A stretch of 64,000 nt of DNA from Candidatus Daviesbacteria bacterium (GTDB taxonomy: Bacteria; Patescibacteriota; Microgenomatia; Daviesbacterales; UBA10151), in NCBI GenBank assembly GCA_016432425.1, contig CP066688.1, positions 212,368-276,367 of the forward strand. The letters run 5' to 3'. The notes beneath the pieces were generated by a model, which saw only the letters and a program-made list of their open reading frames with translations, was not told where the DNA came from and searched no databases. Within the stretch, counting starts at the first letter, position 1, and each line of letters opens with the position of its first letter. The position numbers were made by a program, and so were the translations under genes. This document shows, piece after piece, positions 8,996 through 17,606 of this stretch.

Positions 8996-9826
8996 ATGAA
9001 GGTACTTTTTGATATTGGGGCTACTCAAATTCGGGTGGCAGTTTCTGCTGATAACCAAATCATTTCCAATCCAATAGTTTTCCCTACTCCCCAAGAATTT
9101 AACCAGGGTATCACTCAAATCCAACAAGCAGCTTTGAAACTTTCTCAGGGGCAAAAAATTGAAGCTGCTGCCGGAGGAATTCCCGGCCCCTTAAATAAAC
9201 AAAAAAATTATGTGGCTAATTTCCCCAATATTGCTGACTGGAATAATAAACCCTTAAAACAAAGCTTGGAACAAGCTCTGGGAAGTAGCGTCTTTTTGGA
9301 AAATGACGCCAGCTTAGTTGGTTTAGGTGAAGCTGTTGTTGGTGCCGGAAAGAACAAAAAAATTGTCGCTTACATTACTGTCAGCACCGGAGTGGGAGGA
9401 GCCAGAATTGTGCAGGGGAAAATTGACCAAAAAGCAGGAGATTTTGAAATTGGCCATCAAATTATTGTCCCTAATGGCAGTATTTGCGGCTGTCAGGGCC
9501 TGGGCCATTTAGAAGCATACCTGTCCGGCAGCGCCATTGAGAAAAAATATCATCAAAAACCAGAGAGTATCAAAGATGGGGCAGTCTGGGAAGAAATGGC
9601 CAAATTCTTGGCTATTGGCATCAATAACACTATTGTTTATTGGTCGCCGGAAATCATAGTTTTAGGAGGAGGAGTGATGAAAGCTATCTCTTTGGATAAA
9701 GTTAAACTATACTTACAAGAAATTTTTACTATTTTCCCGGAAATTCCCCCTATTGAGCTAAATACCTTGGGCGATACCGGTGGTTTATATGGTGCACTGG
9801 AGTATTTAAAACAAAATTCTAGGTAG
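8996..9826 (+). CDS. ROK-family sugar kinase (glucokinase-like)
   Basis: 276 aa. ENDASLVGLGE motif and CGCQGLGHLEAY zinc motif of the ROK family. Confidence 0.8.
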   Translation: MKVLFDIGATQIRVAVSADNQIISNPIVFPTPQEFNQGITQIQQAALKLSQGQKIEAAAGGIPGPLNKQKNYVANFPNIADWNNKPLKQSLEQALGSSVFLENDASLVGLGEAVVGAGKNKKIVAYITVSTGVGGARIVQGKIDQKAGDFEIGHQIIVPNGSICGCQGLGHLEAYLSGSAIEKKYHQKPESIKDGAVWEEMAKFLAIGINNTIVYWSPEIIVLGGGVMKAISLDKVKLYLQEIFTIFPEIPPIELNTLGDTGGLYGALEYLKQNSR

Positions 9827-10151
9827 CAGCGTGCAGGAAAGCATTAATTACTGACAGCAGTATCGAAAAAAGCAAGGCCCAACCAAAGCCATCTACTACA
9901 AACCCGGGAACAATAAAGGTAGCCAGCATTATTAACAAGGCATTAATTACCAGGGTAAAAAGCCCTAAGGTTAAAATATTAATTGGTAAAGTCAGAAAAA
10001 CCAAAATAGGTTTTAAAACTGCATTGATAATTCCCAAAACTAAAGCTGCAACCAAGGCAGTAGTAAAACCGGCAATATGCACTCCGGGAAGTAAATAAGC
10101 CGCCGCCACAATCACCAAAGCCGAAACTCCCCAGTTAATCAAAATGGACAT
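9819..10151 (-). CDS. DUF360 / 'phage holin family 4_2'-like small membrane protein
   Basis: 110 aa, four TM helices. Sequence pattern of the YvlD/DUF360 family. Confidence 0.6.
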   Translation of the reverse strand: MSILINWGVSALVIVAAAYLLPGVHIAGFTTALVAALVLGIINAVLKPILVFLTLPINILTLGLFTLVINALLIMLATFIVPGFVVDGFGWALLFSILLSVINAFLHAAT

Positions 10152-10282
10152 GTTTTTAGTATAAACACACTAAATTATCCTTTGCAAGTTTAGGTTGACT
10201 ATGTGGTAATTTATTTCCTTTTCTATCTAATAAAGTAAAAGGCCTCTGGGAATTAACCGTGCATTTTGGCATACTTTAATGA

Positions 10283-11089
10283 ATGGGTACGCTTTTTGGT
10301 TCCTTATGTTGCTTGATGATAATTTCTTTTTTAAATTTTAATCCACTCGGCTCATTAGAAAGAATTTTTGCTCAACCGCTCCATCTGGTTAAAAAAACTT
10401 TTAATATCCACACTGTTACGCCTAAAAATTCTTACACCATTGTTTTAGTAGGTGATTCCATGACTGATTATTTGGGACCTACTGCAGATATTTTAAAAAA
10501 CTATCTTAAAGAATATTATCCCAATAAGAAAATTGAAGTTAAAAATTTTTCTGTGGGCTCAACCAATATTCTTACTTTACCTGATAGGTTGCAAAACCTA
10601 ACTAATTTTAACGGAACTATTTCCCAGCCTATTCTAAATTACGAGTTTGATGTCATCATCATTGAATCTTTTGGCCACAACCCTCTGTCTGATCCAAAAT
10701 GGGAAGACGGTTTCAAAAAGCACAATGAGGTTTTGGATAAAGCCAGGGAAATGATTAAACAAAGGAGGCCGCAGGCAATAGTAATACTGATGTCTACCAT
10801 TGCTCCCCACTCAGACAGATATGCTGAAGGGGTAGTCAATTTAACTACAGACGAGAGAAAACAGTGGGCCAGACACAGAAGTGCCTATATAAAAAATCAT
10901 ATTAAATATGCTCGGGATCACCAAATTCCTTTAATAAATATTTATGAGAAATCACTGGCAGATCAGGAAAGTGGCAATATTGATTATATAAATACTCATG
11001 ATTTTATCCATCCCTCACCTACAGGCATACTCTTTATCAGCCAAGAAATAGCTAATTTTATTTATAAAAACAGGATTTTACCTCTTTAA
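10283..11089 (+). CDS. SGNH/GDSL-type hydrolase with N-terminal signal/TM segment
   Basis: 268 aa. VLVGDSMTDY block-I motif (GDS). First gene of the AT-rich accessory block. Confidence 0.6.
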   Translation: MGTLFGSLCCLMIISFLNFNPLGSLERIFAQPLHLVKKTFNIHTVTPKNSYTIVLVGDSMTDYLGPTADILKNYLKEYYPNKKIEVKNFSVGSTNILTLPDRLQNLTNFNGTISQPILNYEFDVIIIESFGHNPLSDPKWEDGFKKHNEVLDKAREMIKQRRPQAIVILMSTIAPHSDRYAEGVVNLTTDERKQWARHRSAYIKNHIKYARDHQIPLINIYEKSLADQESGNIDYINTHDFIHPSPTGILFISQEIANFIYKNRILPL

Positions 11090-11727
11090 TTGTCGAATTT
11101 GCCAATTCCAACACCTGGGGTTAAATACGTTCAAACCTAAGGATTTATACAACAGTCTAAGGGTGTATTATAGCTCTAATCAATCCAGCTATAACTTTGG
11201 ACAAACATTATACGGCCGTGGTACTTTTGTCCAATTATCTTATCCCACTTATTATTACTTTTTATTTGGTTAGATAAAACTCTTGTACTGAATTTTATTC
11301 AATCTTTATATGAGAATCCATATAATTGGCAGACTGAAAATATCTACTTCCTCCTCGCTAATGTAATAATTTTAATATTATTTGTCTTACTGCTTTTTGA
11401 GCGCCTTTGGGTAAATTTAAAGATTGTTTATTACAAATTAAAATATCCACTAAGAAATTTAAATGAAAATTTCTATATCATTAGTTTTCAAGGGAGGGTT
11501 TGCCTTTTAGATATTAAAACAAAACAACTTCGGTGGTTAAAAAATTGGCAAACAGCGTTAGATTTAGACTTTATTGGAGAATGGACTGATGTTGATGACA
11601 ACATTACTCATTCATCTAAATTGATGGACATTACTTTTAATACTAAAGACGGAATAAGGATAGAATTAAAAGATTTTAAATATGTGAATGGAATTCTAAC
11701 ACAAGGATTACCCGGTACTTAGATATT

Positions 11728-12327
11728 TTAAATCTTTTGAGCTAGAATAATTTGATGTCTTTCGTTTCCACCAATATCAATTTCATCTAGTAAGATTTTA
11801 AATCCAGCATTTTCAACAATCTCTTTATTTTTCTCTGCTCCATAATGGCTCCACCACATTTTTGTACCATGAAAGTTTTCTTCTAAACCTTCGTATTCAC
11901 CTGCCCCCATAGTTACTAAAATATACCCACCTTGAGGAAGAAAAGAATTTATCTTTTTAAATAAATCTTGATGCTTTTCTCTAGGAGTATGAAAAATTGC
12001 ATAAAAAGAAATAACAGCATCTACTTTATATTCATCTTCTTTAAGTTTAGACATATCCCTAACTTCAAAAGTTGCTTTGGGAACATTTGCCTTTGCTAAT
12101 TCTACTTGTTTTTCAGAAATATCAAAACCAATAACATTAAAACCTTTATTTACTAGATATTTATCTACTGGTACTCCAGAACCACAACCGATATCTAAAA
12201 CGATAGCACTAGGTTTCAGTAACTTTACCAGTTGTTCTAGGTATTTATTATTTTTAAATTGATCTCTTTTAGAAGAATAATTTTCTGCTGCTTTATTATA
12301 TCCTTGTCTTACTAAATCATTACTCAT
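11728..12327 (-). CDS. Class I SAM-dependent methyltransferase
   Basis: 199 aa. VLDIGCGSGVP motif I, acidic residue after beta-2. Confidence 0.8.
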   Translation of the reverse strand: MSNDLVRQGYNKAAENYSSKRDQFKNNKYLEQLVKLLKPSAIVLDIGCGSGVPVDKYLVNKGFNVIGFDISEKQVELAKANVPKATFEVRDMSKLKEDEYKVDAVISFYAIFHTPREKHQDLFKKINSFLPQGGYILVTMGAGEYEGLEENFHGTKMWWSHYGAEKNKEIVENAGFKILLDEIDIGGNERHQIILAQKI

Positions 12328-12348
12328 ATATATTCTAGTTTTGGTTTT

Positions 12349-12777
12349 TTAATTATCAAACGTTAATACAGGGCCTTTCCATTTTTCATTATCTAAAACT
12401 ACTTCCTTGTAATTTCCATTAGTATATTCATTTACTACTTTATTCCAAAACTTTTGAGCGTCTTTATTCTGGTTAGTTTGCGTTACTTCCCACTTACCGG
12501 GGAACATATCAAAGATTTGTTTCGCAGCATTACTCCCTATGCCACCTCTTCTGTATTTTTTAAGGATAAAGAATTCTGCAATAGCATTTGCATCATCCGA
12601 AAGATATGTATGCTTATTTACCAATACAAAACCTGCTAACTTATCATCTACTTTAATAAAAAATGGATGTCTATTTTCTTCCTGCCAATAATTATCTAAA
12701 TACTTATAACCATATCTTCCATTTTCATCTAAATCAGAGTTACTAAACTCACTGAAATCATATTCATACAATTCCAA
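12349..12777 (-). CDS. GNAT-family N-acetyltransferase-like protein
   Basis: 142 aa. RRGGIGS acetyl-CoA binding motif. Confidence 0.55.
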   Translation of the reverse strand: MELYEYDFSEFSNSDLDENGRYGYKYLDNYWQEENRHPFFIKVDDKLAGFVLVNKHTYLSDDANAIAEFFILKKYRRGGIGSNAAKQIFDMFPGKWEVTQTNQNKDAQKFWNKVVNEYTNGNYKEVVLDNEKWKGPVLTFDN

Positions 12778-12830
12778 TAAATTGGCTAATATATGTTTCT
12801 CTTCATCTCTGACTGTAACAAGTTCTATTT

Positions 12831-13400
12831 TTATAATCCTAATAATTTTAACACCTCTTCCTCTGCCTCATCAGACTTATCAAATATTTTATAGCCGTAT
12901 TTTTCTGCTTCTTCTTTATATTTTGGTCTCTCACAGTTAAAAAATAACTCTGCTTCCAGTTTTTGTAATTGTTCAGTTTGTCCCCACCTAGGATCTTGCT
13001 TATTCCTTTCAAATATTTCCTCAAATGATTTTCCTAATAAATAAACTCCTGGAAAATTAAAATCTCTTTTAGCTAAATGAGGTAATATATTTACTCCTTC
13101 AAAAATTGCTGATTTATGAGATTTAATTACCTCATTAATTTTATTTAGAATTGTTGGCCAAAATGCTTCTGATTGTTTTACTAGGTTTTCCCAGTGTTTC
13201 TCACAGGGCGTATTTTTTAAATATTCTTCTTCATCTTGATTAAAAAAGAAATTAACCCAATATTTTAATTGTGGATCCTTAGACATCTCTTTTCGTAAAG
13301 TGTCTACATCTAAATGAAACGCTCCAGTTTTTTCTGCAACCTTCTTTGCTAAATAACTTTTACCAGATGCGGGTATTCCTCCTATAAAAACATAGCTCAT
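12831..13400 (-). CDS. P-loop NTPase / nucleotide-kinase-like protein (AAA_33 / zeta-toxin-like fold)
   Basis: 189 aa. Walker A GGIPASGKSYLAKK. Confidence 0.55.
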   Translation of the reverse strand: MSYVFIGGIPASGKSYLAKKVAEKTGAFHLDVDTLRKEMSKDPQLKYWVNFFFNQDEEEYLKNTPCEKHWENLVKQSEAFWPTILNKINEVIKSHKSAIFEGVNILPHLAKRDFNFPGVYLLGKSFEEIFERNKQDPRWGQTEQLQKLEAELFFNCERPKYKEEAEKYGYKIFDKSDEAEEEVLKLLGL

Positions 13401-13493
13401 GCAGAAAGTATAGCAAAAGAAGTTAATTTGTGCTTCAACATGTTCTATAAACTATTATCCTAGCAAATTTGCTATAGGGGGCATCGATATACT

Positions 13494-15071
13494 TTAGGTT
13501 TTTCTGAAAATTAATGTACTTCCATCTAGCATAGTTTCTACCCAGTCAACATCCCAATGCATACCCATCCAAAAACTGAATAAGTTGTTAAGATGTTTCT
13601 TGATTGCTTTTAGCTCTTTATTAGTAATAATTCTACTTCGTTTTTTTATTTCATCTACTACTGACAAAATACCTCTATTCCCCCATGTATTAACTGCATG
13701 AATAGATGGTCGTCCCTCAATCATAACAATTAGTGATTGCATGAGATGATCTTCCATAGTTCCCATATGTAGATGGGAAAACTTAATTTCATGCTGATTT
13801 TTTATAAGATTCTGTATTGTTGTTAACATCTGTTCGGCGGTATTATAAACAACTAAGTCTGGAGGTCTAACTTCTTCTGACCATATGAGATTATTTCTTA
13901 AAATATCATACCCGCCCCATTTAACCATCATTGTCACATTTTTTAATTCGTTATTTAAAATCTCAGCTGCTTTATCATTAGATGTGCTAGTTAAATATTT
14001 TTCTCCCGTTCTATACACCCCAGCTATGTTAACTTCTGGTTCATAACCGCTAATTGATTTTATAAATTCTCTATGCTTAGTTTCATCATTAGGGTTAACA
14101 AAAACGATTTCCATTTTATCCGCATAGTGTAAAAAATCTTCTAAATTAAAAAGGGCTTCGGAATTTCCAGCAAAGTTTATATTCATATTGGCTACAATCA
14201 TATTCCTCCCAGCTTCAATAAAAGTTTGAGCCTCCTTAGCTGTATCATCGATATCGTTAGGTGTAAATGTTTTAGGATTATCAGTAAATCCAGTAAGATA
14301 AGTAAGATATTTTGCAGCATTTTCTTTAGTTGTTGGTTCAAAATAGGTAATACCACAAGCATCGGCTATTTCTTTAAAACTTTTAGTGACTAACCAATTT
14401 TTATATCTAATTACTTCTATCAATTTCTCTAATCTCTTATTTGGATTTTTGTCCTCATTCATCAAATAGCTTTCAATTTTTGAGGGATCTGAAATTAAAT
14501 TAAGATTAGGGATATCATTTCTTATCCCAGTTTCAAGCGCAAGAAAACTGATCTTTCCAGTAAAAAAATCTCTATATCCCTTCGAAAAATCTATAACAAA
14601 TTTAAGTTTATTGAGCTTCTCTTGATATTTGTCGGGTAAATTTTTCTTAGCCCAATCTAATGCGTATCTTTTGTTTGTTAGATTGCTTAAATGAGCTACT
14701 TGAAACAGAGTAGCGAGACCTTCTTGGACAAAATCCTGAGCGTCAAGGAGTAGACTACCTAATTTGGCTTTTTGGTCTTCATCCAGGTGGTTAAAATTTT
14801 CTAGTAGATAAAGAACATTTTGAGTAACCTGACCATAATCAGTTTCCTTAGCCATTGCTGTGTGTGCCATTTCATGAGCAACCACACTATCAGCAATCTT
14901 TGGATCTCCAAGTAATTGGGAATAATCTAGTCCTATCCATTGACCAGATATGTTATAACGACCGGAAACAGTGTGATACCAACTACTCATACTCTGTAGT
15001 GTATGGGACGCAAAATAAAAGTCAAGATCATTTTGAATATACTGTGATATAAATTGTACCTCTTGAAACAA
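13494..15071 (-). CDS. Hypothetical 525-aa protein with an N-terminal HExxH (VVAHEMAHT) zinc-metallopeptidase-like motif. No family recognised.
   Basis: Long uninterrupted ORF in very AT-rich DNA. HEMAH motif near residue 66. Confidence 0.55.
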   Translation of the reverse strand: MFQEVQFISQYIQNDLDFYFASHTLQSMSSWYHTVSGRYNISGQWIGLDYSQLLGDPKIADSVVAHEMAHTAMAKETDYGQVTQNVLYLLENFNHLDEDQKAKLGSLLLDAQDFVQEGLATLFQVAHLSNLTNKRYALDWAKKNLPDKYQEKLNKLKFVIDFSKGYRDFFTGKISFLALETGIRNDIPNLNLISDPSKIESYLMNEDKNPNKRLEKLIEVIRYKNWLVTKSFKEIADACGITYFEPTTKENAAKYLTYLTGFTDNPKTFTPNDIDDTAKEAQTFIEAGRNMIVANMNINFAGNSEALFNLEDFLHYADKMEIVFVNPNDETKHREFIKSISGYEPEVNIAGVYRTGEKYLTSTSNDKAAEILNNELKNVTMMVKWGGYDILRNNLIWSEEVRPPDLVVYNTAEQMLTTIQNLIKNQHEIKFSHLHMGTMEDHLMQSLIVMIEGRPSIHAVNTWGNRGILSVVDEIKKRSRIITNKELKAIKKHLNNLFSFWMGMHWDVDWVETMLDGSTLIFRKT

Positions 15072-15202
15072 AACTTCTAATTAGTATAGTGAAGAGGAGA
15101 AAAGTTCTTAAAATTTTTGCGTTTTTTGTTTCTTTTTACCTGCGCAGCAGGCAAACTTGTTTATTCCCAACCAACTTCTATCGAAATCAAGGCTATTTTC
15201 TC

Positions 15203-15244
15203 CTCGCGGCGCACCCCACCGCCGCGAGATTTTCCGCTTCGCGG
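15203..15244 (+). other. Two adjacent GC-rich hairpins in an AT-rich divergent intergenic region: CTCGCGGCG-caccccac-CGCCGCGAG, then CCGC-ttc-GCGG
   Basis: Read directly. A 9-bp perfect stem plus a second short stem, followed by a T-rich stretch on the plus strand. There is no upstream plus-strand gene to terminate. Confidence 0.35.
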
Positions 15245-15364
15245 TCCTCCAGTCCAAGTTTGCTGAGTGTACTGGTTAAGACCCATTTCGTCATTATAGT
15301 CTTTTGAATAAGCCCTAGACTTTTTATTTGCATGACATTAAGTCCTATTGCTTCTATTTGACCT

Positions 15365-15393
15365 ATTGACATTAGGTATAAAGGGGCTTATTC
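15365..15393 (+). promoter_or_regulatory. Candidate promoter TTGACA, 17-nt spacer, TATTCT for the 15415 gene
   Basis: Read directly (ttgacattaggtataaaggggcttattct), about 25 nt upstream of the ATG. Confidence 0.35.
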
Positions 15394-15414
15394 TTTAGTT
15401 CAGGACCTAATAAT

Positions 15415-16140
15415 ATGAAAATTATAACCTATCCAGTAGCATCATTCGTAAACGCCTTAGACTTAGCCAAGACTGTAGATAGCCTGGGTGACAATTGCGC
15501 ACACACTACATGCGCAACTAAAATGGGTAAAAAAATGAGTGGTGGATTCAAAGACATTATTGCCTCTGCGGTAAAATATGGAATGATTAAAAATAAAGGA
15601 GGCATACTCAGCTTAACTAGCGCATTTAAAGAATATAAGCTTTCTTATACTCCAGAGGAAGGAAAGGAGCATCTAATCAAACTGTTCTTGAGTCCACAAT
15701 TGTTTCAAGAAATTTATGCAAAATATAATAGCGTCGGACTACCTTCCCCAGACGTCTTGGAAAAAGCTCTTGTCAGAGAATTTGGAGTACCAGACAAATT
15801 TGCCACAAGAACCTCAACTTATTTTTTAAATGGGGCAAAGTATGTTGGGTTGCTTGGTGAACACAATAATTTTACCTCCAAAACTCAACCAACCACAGAT
15901 GTTACCTCTGAGCAAAAAGAGGGGACCGATATGCCCCATACTCCAGGCTTACCACAGCACGAGTCCAAACCAAACGACTATTCTGTCCAAATTGTAGGGC
16001 CAGGTATCGATACAAAATTAATACTTACAGAAGAGTCTGATTTTTTAATCTTAAACGCTATTTTAAATAAAGTGAAAAGTAAATTAACACCGGAGAAAAA
16101 GGGGAAAATAAAAGATGAAAATCCTCAATCCCCCGCTTAA
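15415..16140 (+). CDS. Hypothetical protein (241 aa), first gene of a translationally coupled pair
   Basis: ORF with a plausible start. Its C-terminal half is low-complexity, Pro/Thr/Glu-rich. It overlaps the next gene by 26 nt. Confidence 0.5.
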   Translation: MKIITYPVASFVNALDLAKTVDSLGDNCAHTTCATKMGKKMSGGFKDIIASAVKYGMIKNKGGILSLTSAFKEYKLSYTPEEGKEHLIKLFLSPQLFQEIYAKYNSVGLPSPDVLEKALVREFGVPDKFATRTSTYFLNGAKYVGLLGEHNNFTSKTQPTTDVTSEQKEGTDMPHTPGLPQHESKPNDYSVQIVGPGIDTKLILTEESDFLILNAILNKVKSKLTPEKKGKIKDENPQSPA

Positions 16141-17041
16141 TCTGTGCGTGTCCATATTGGAGTTTTTGTACGAATTCAGTTCTAGAAAAAAAGAGTGTAG
16201 GAGAGATGTGTTGGAAAAACATTTTCAGCTGTCTCAGAGGTATCTAAACTCTGCCCTCTCTTTCTTAGAAATTCATAATCTTATAATCTACCCTGAGCCA
16301 GGAGTCATTACTCTATCAGATGAGGTATGCGACAAATTAAGCGTTTCATTAATAAATTCAAGAAAAATGCTACTTGATAGCCTGATGCAATCTCAGGCAT
16401 TTATAGAATTCACTTATTTTATAGGAAAAGGTAAGAATGAAAAAGAAAGTGTTAGACTAATTCTTTCCCTGTATGATATAAAGCAAAGCGAGGCTGTGGT
16501 CTTAAAAATTTTCCAAGAATGGATTAAGCTTTTAGGCATTAAAATTTCGGAAAAACCTTTAAAAAATCAAACATTAGATGGAATTAAAAACTCATTGCAA
16601 AATAAGCTTTATGCGAATAACTTTATAAAAGAGTTCTTGGACGATGATCTTCGTAATGTTTCGGAGCAAGTTATTACTGAGTTATCTAATGCAATAAAAG
16701 AAATTCCAGAAGATAACGAGGCTTCTATAAATGAGGGCGGCAGGGCGCTAGAAGACTTCTTGAGATTGGATTTAGCTAAAGACATTGATTTATCTCGCTG
16801 TTCTGGCATAGGTGAAATTGCTAACGAATTAAATAAATACCCTCAATATCCTAAGAAACTAAACAGCCTGTGTTTGGGATTATCCAGCGTTCGCTCTATT
16901 GGAAAAGCCCACGGTGCAGATAAAATATTAAAGGTTAAATGGTCTATTACAGAACACGGTGCGACTGGGTATATAATCATGGTGCTTTCTGTAATTAAAA
17001 GCTATCTAGTTTTCAAGCAGGAGAGTAAGACAGTTTTTTAG
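16115..17041 (+). CDS. Hypothetical protein (308 aa) with a C-terminal R-x5-H (VRSIGKAHG) HEPN-like motif
   Basis: The motif R[SN]xxxAH near the C-terminus matches the HEPN/Abi-like RNase signature. The N-terminal region looks like a winged helix. Confidence 0.5.
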   Translation: MKILNPPLNLCVSILEFLYEFSSRKKECRRDVLEKHFQLSQRYLNSALSFLEIHNLIIYPEPGVITLSDEVCDKLSVSLINSRKMLLDSLMQSQAFIEFTYFIGKGKNEKESVRLILSLYDIKQSEAVVLKIFQEWIKLLGIKISEKPLKNQTLDGIKNSLQNKLYANNFIKEFLDDDLRNVSEQVITELSNAIKEIPEDNEASINEGGRALEDFLRLDLAKDIDLSRCSGIGEIANELNKYPQYPKKLNSLCLGLSSVRSIGKAHGADKILKVKWSITEHGATGYIIMVLSVIKSYLVFKQESKTVF

Positions 17042-17164
17042 AAAGAGTAGTAGCAGATGAGTATATCTGTCATATCTTTAAAAAGGTTCGATGGCAAAAG
17101 TGGGGTTTAGCAAAGACTTATAAACTAAATAGAGACCACGGTTGCTTATGAGTGCCCGGCCTTG

Positions 17165-17235
17165 CTGCGGGACAGGGATTCGAACCCCAATTTACACGTT
17201 CAGAGCGTGGCGTGCTACCATTACACCATCCCGCA
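17165..17235 (-). tRNA. tRNA-Gln (anticodon CTG)
   Basis: Cloverleaf folded by hand. Acceptor stem TGCGGGA/TCCCGCA with a U1:A72 pair typical of bacterial tRNA-Gln. T-loop GGTTCGAATCC. Anticodon loop cuCUGaa. CCA is not encoded. Confidence 0.85.
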
Positions 17236-17277
17236 ATCTTATTTGGAATTATATCAGGTTTAAATCTACTTTTGAAT

Positions 17278-17574
17278 CTAGTGGGGGAATTTCCGCAGGA
17301 AAAAACCAGTTACTGCTCCGGAAAGAGCAAATACACCTAATAAATAGGTGGGGAAAGCAGTGTTGGGTAAATTTTGTCTCAAATTGGAATTTTGTCCCAC
17401 CACCTGAGGGGGGCCGCTAGGACTAACAGTTGGCGCTGGAGTAGTTACAACTGGAGGAGTTTCCACCACTCCTTGTCTATTAACCGCTCTTTGGGAAAAA
17501 ATAAAATATATTCCTGCCAAGCTTATTACTAACAGCCCTGCAATAATCAGTTTTATTCTCAAATCCAAATCCAT
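17278..17574 (-). CDS. Small hypothetical membrane protein (98 aa, Pro/Thr-rich linker)
   Basis: Two hydrophobic segments. Lies between gltX and tRNA-Gln on the same strand. Confidence 0.4.
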   Translation of the reverse strand: MDLDLRIKLIIAGLLVISLAGIYFIFSQRAVNRQGVVETPPVVTTPAPTVSPSGPPQVVGQNSNLRQNLPNTAFPTYLLGVFALSGAVTGFFLRKFPH

Positions 17575-17606
17575 ACTCTCGGCAGTAGCGCTACTCTATC
17601 ACATTT

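Noticed and set aside
15234-15244. Initial reading of CCGC-TTCG-GCGG as a UUCG tetraloop hairpin (likewise in the tRNA-Pro leader)
   Set aside because: Recounting the bases shows the loop is the 3-nt 'ttc' with a 4-bp stem. It is not a canonical UUCG tetraloop.
10152-17164. Integrase or att direct repeat delimiting the putative island
   Set aside because: No recombinase-like ORF and no copy of the tRNA-Gln 3' end could be found by eye. The island boundaries are therefore left as a hypothesis.
17142-17420. Plus-strand ORFs overlapping the tRNA-Gln locus
   Set aside because: They overlap a well-folding tRNA on the opposite strand and have no coding features.
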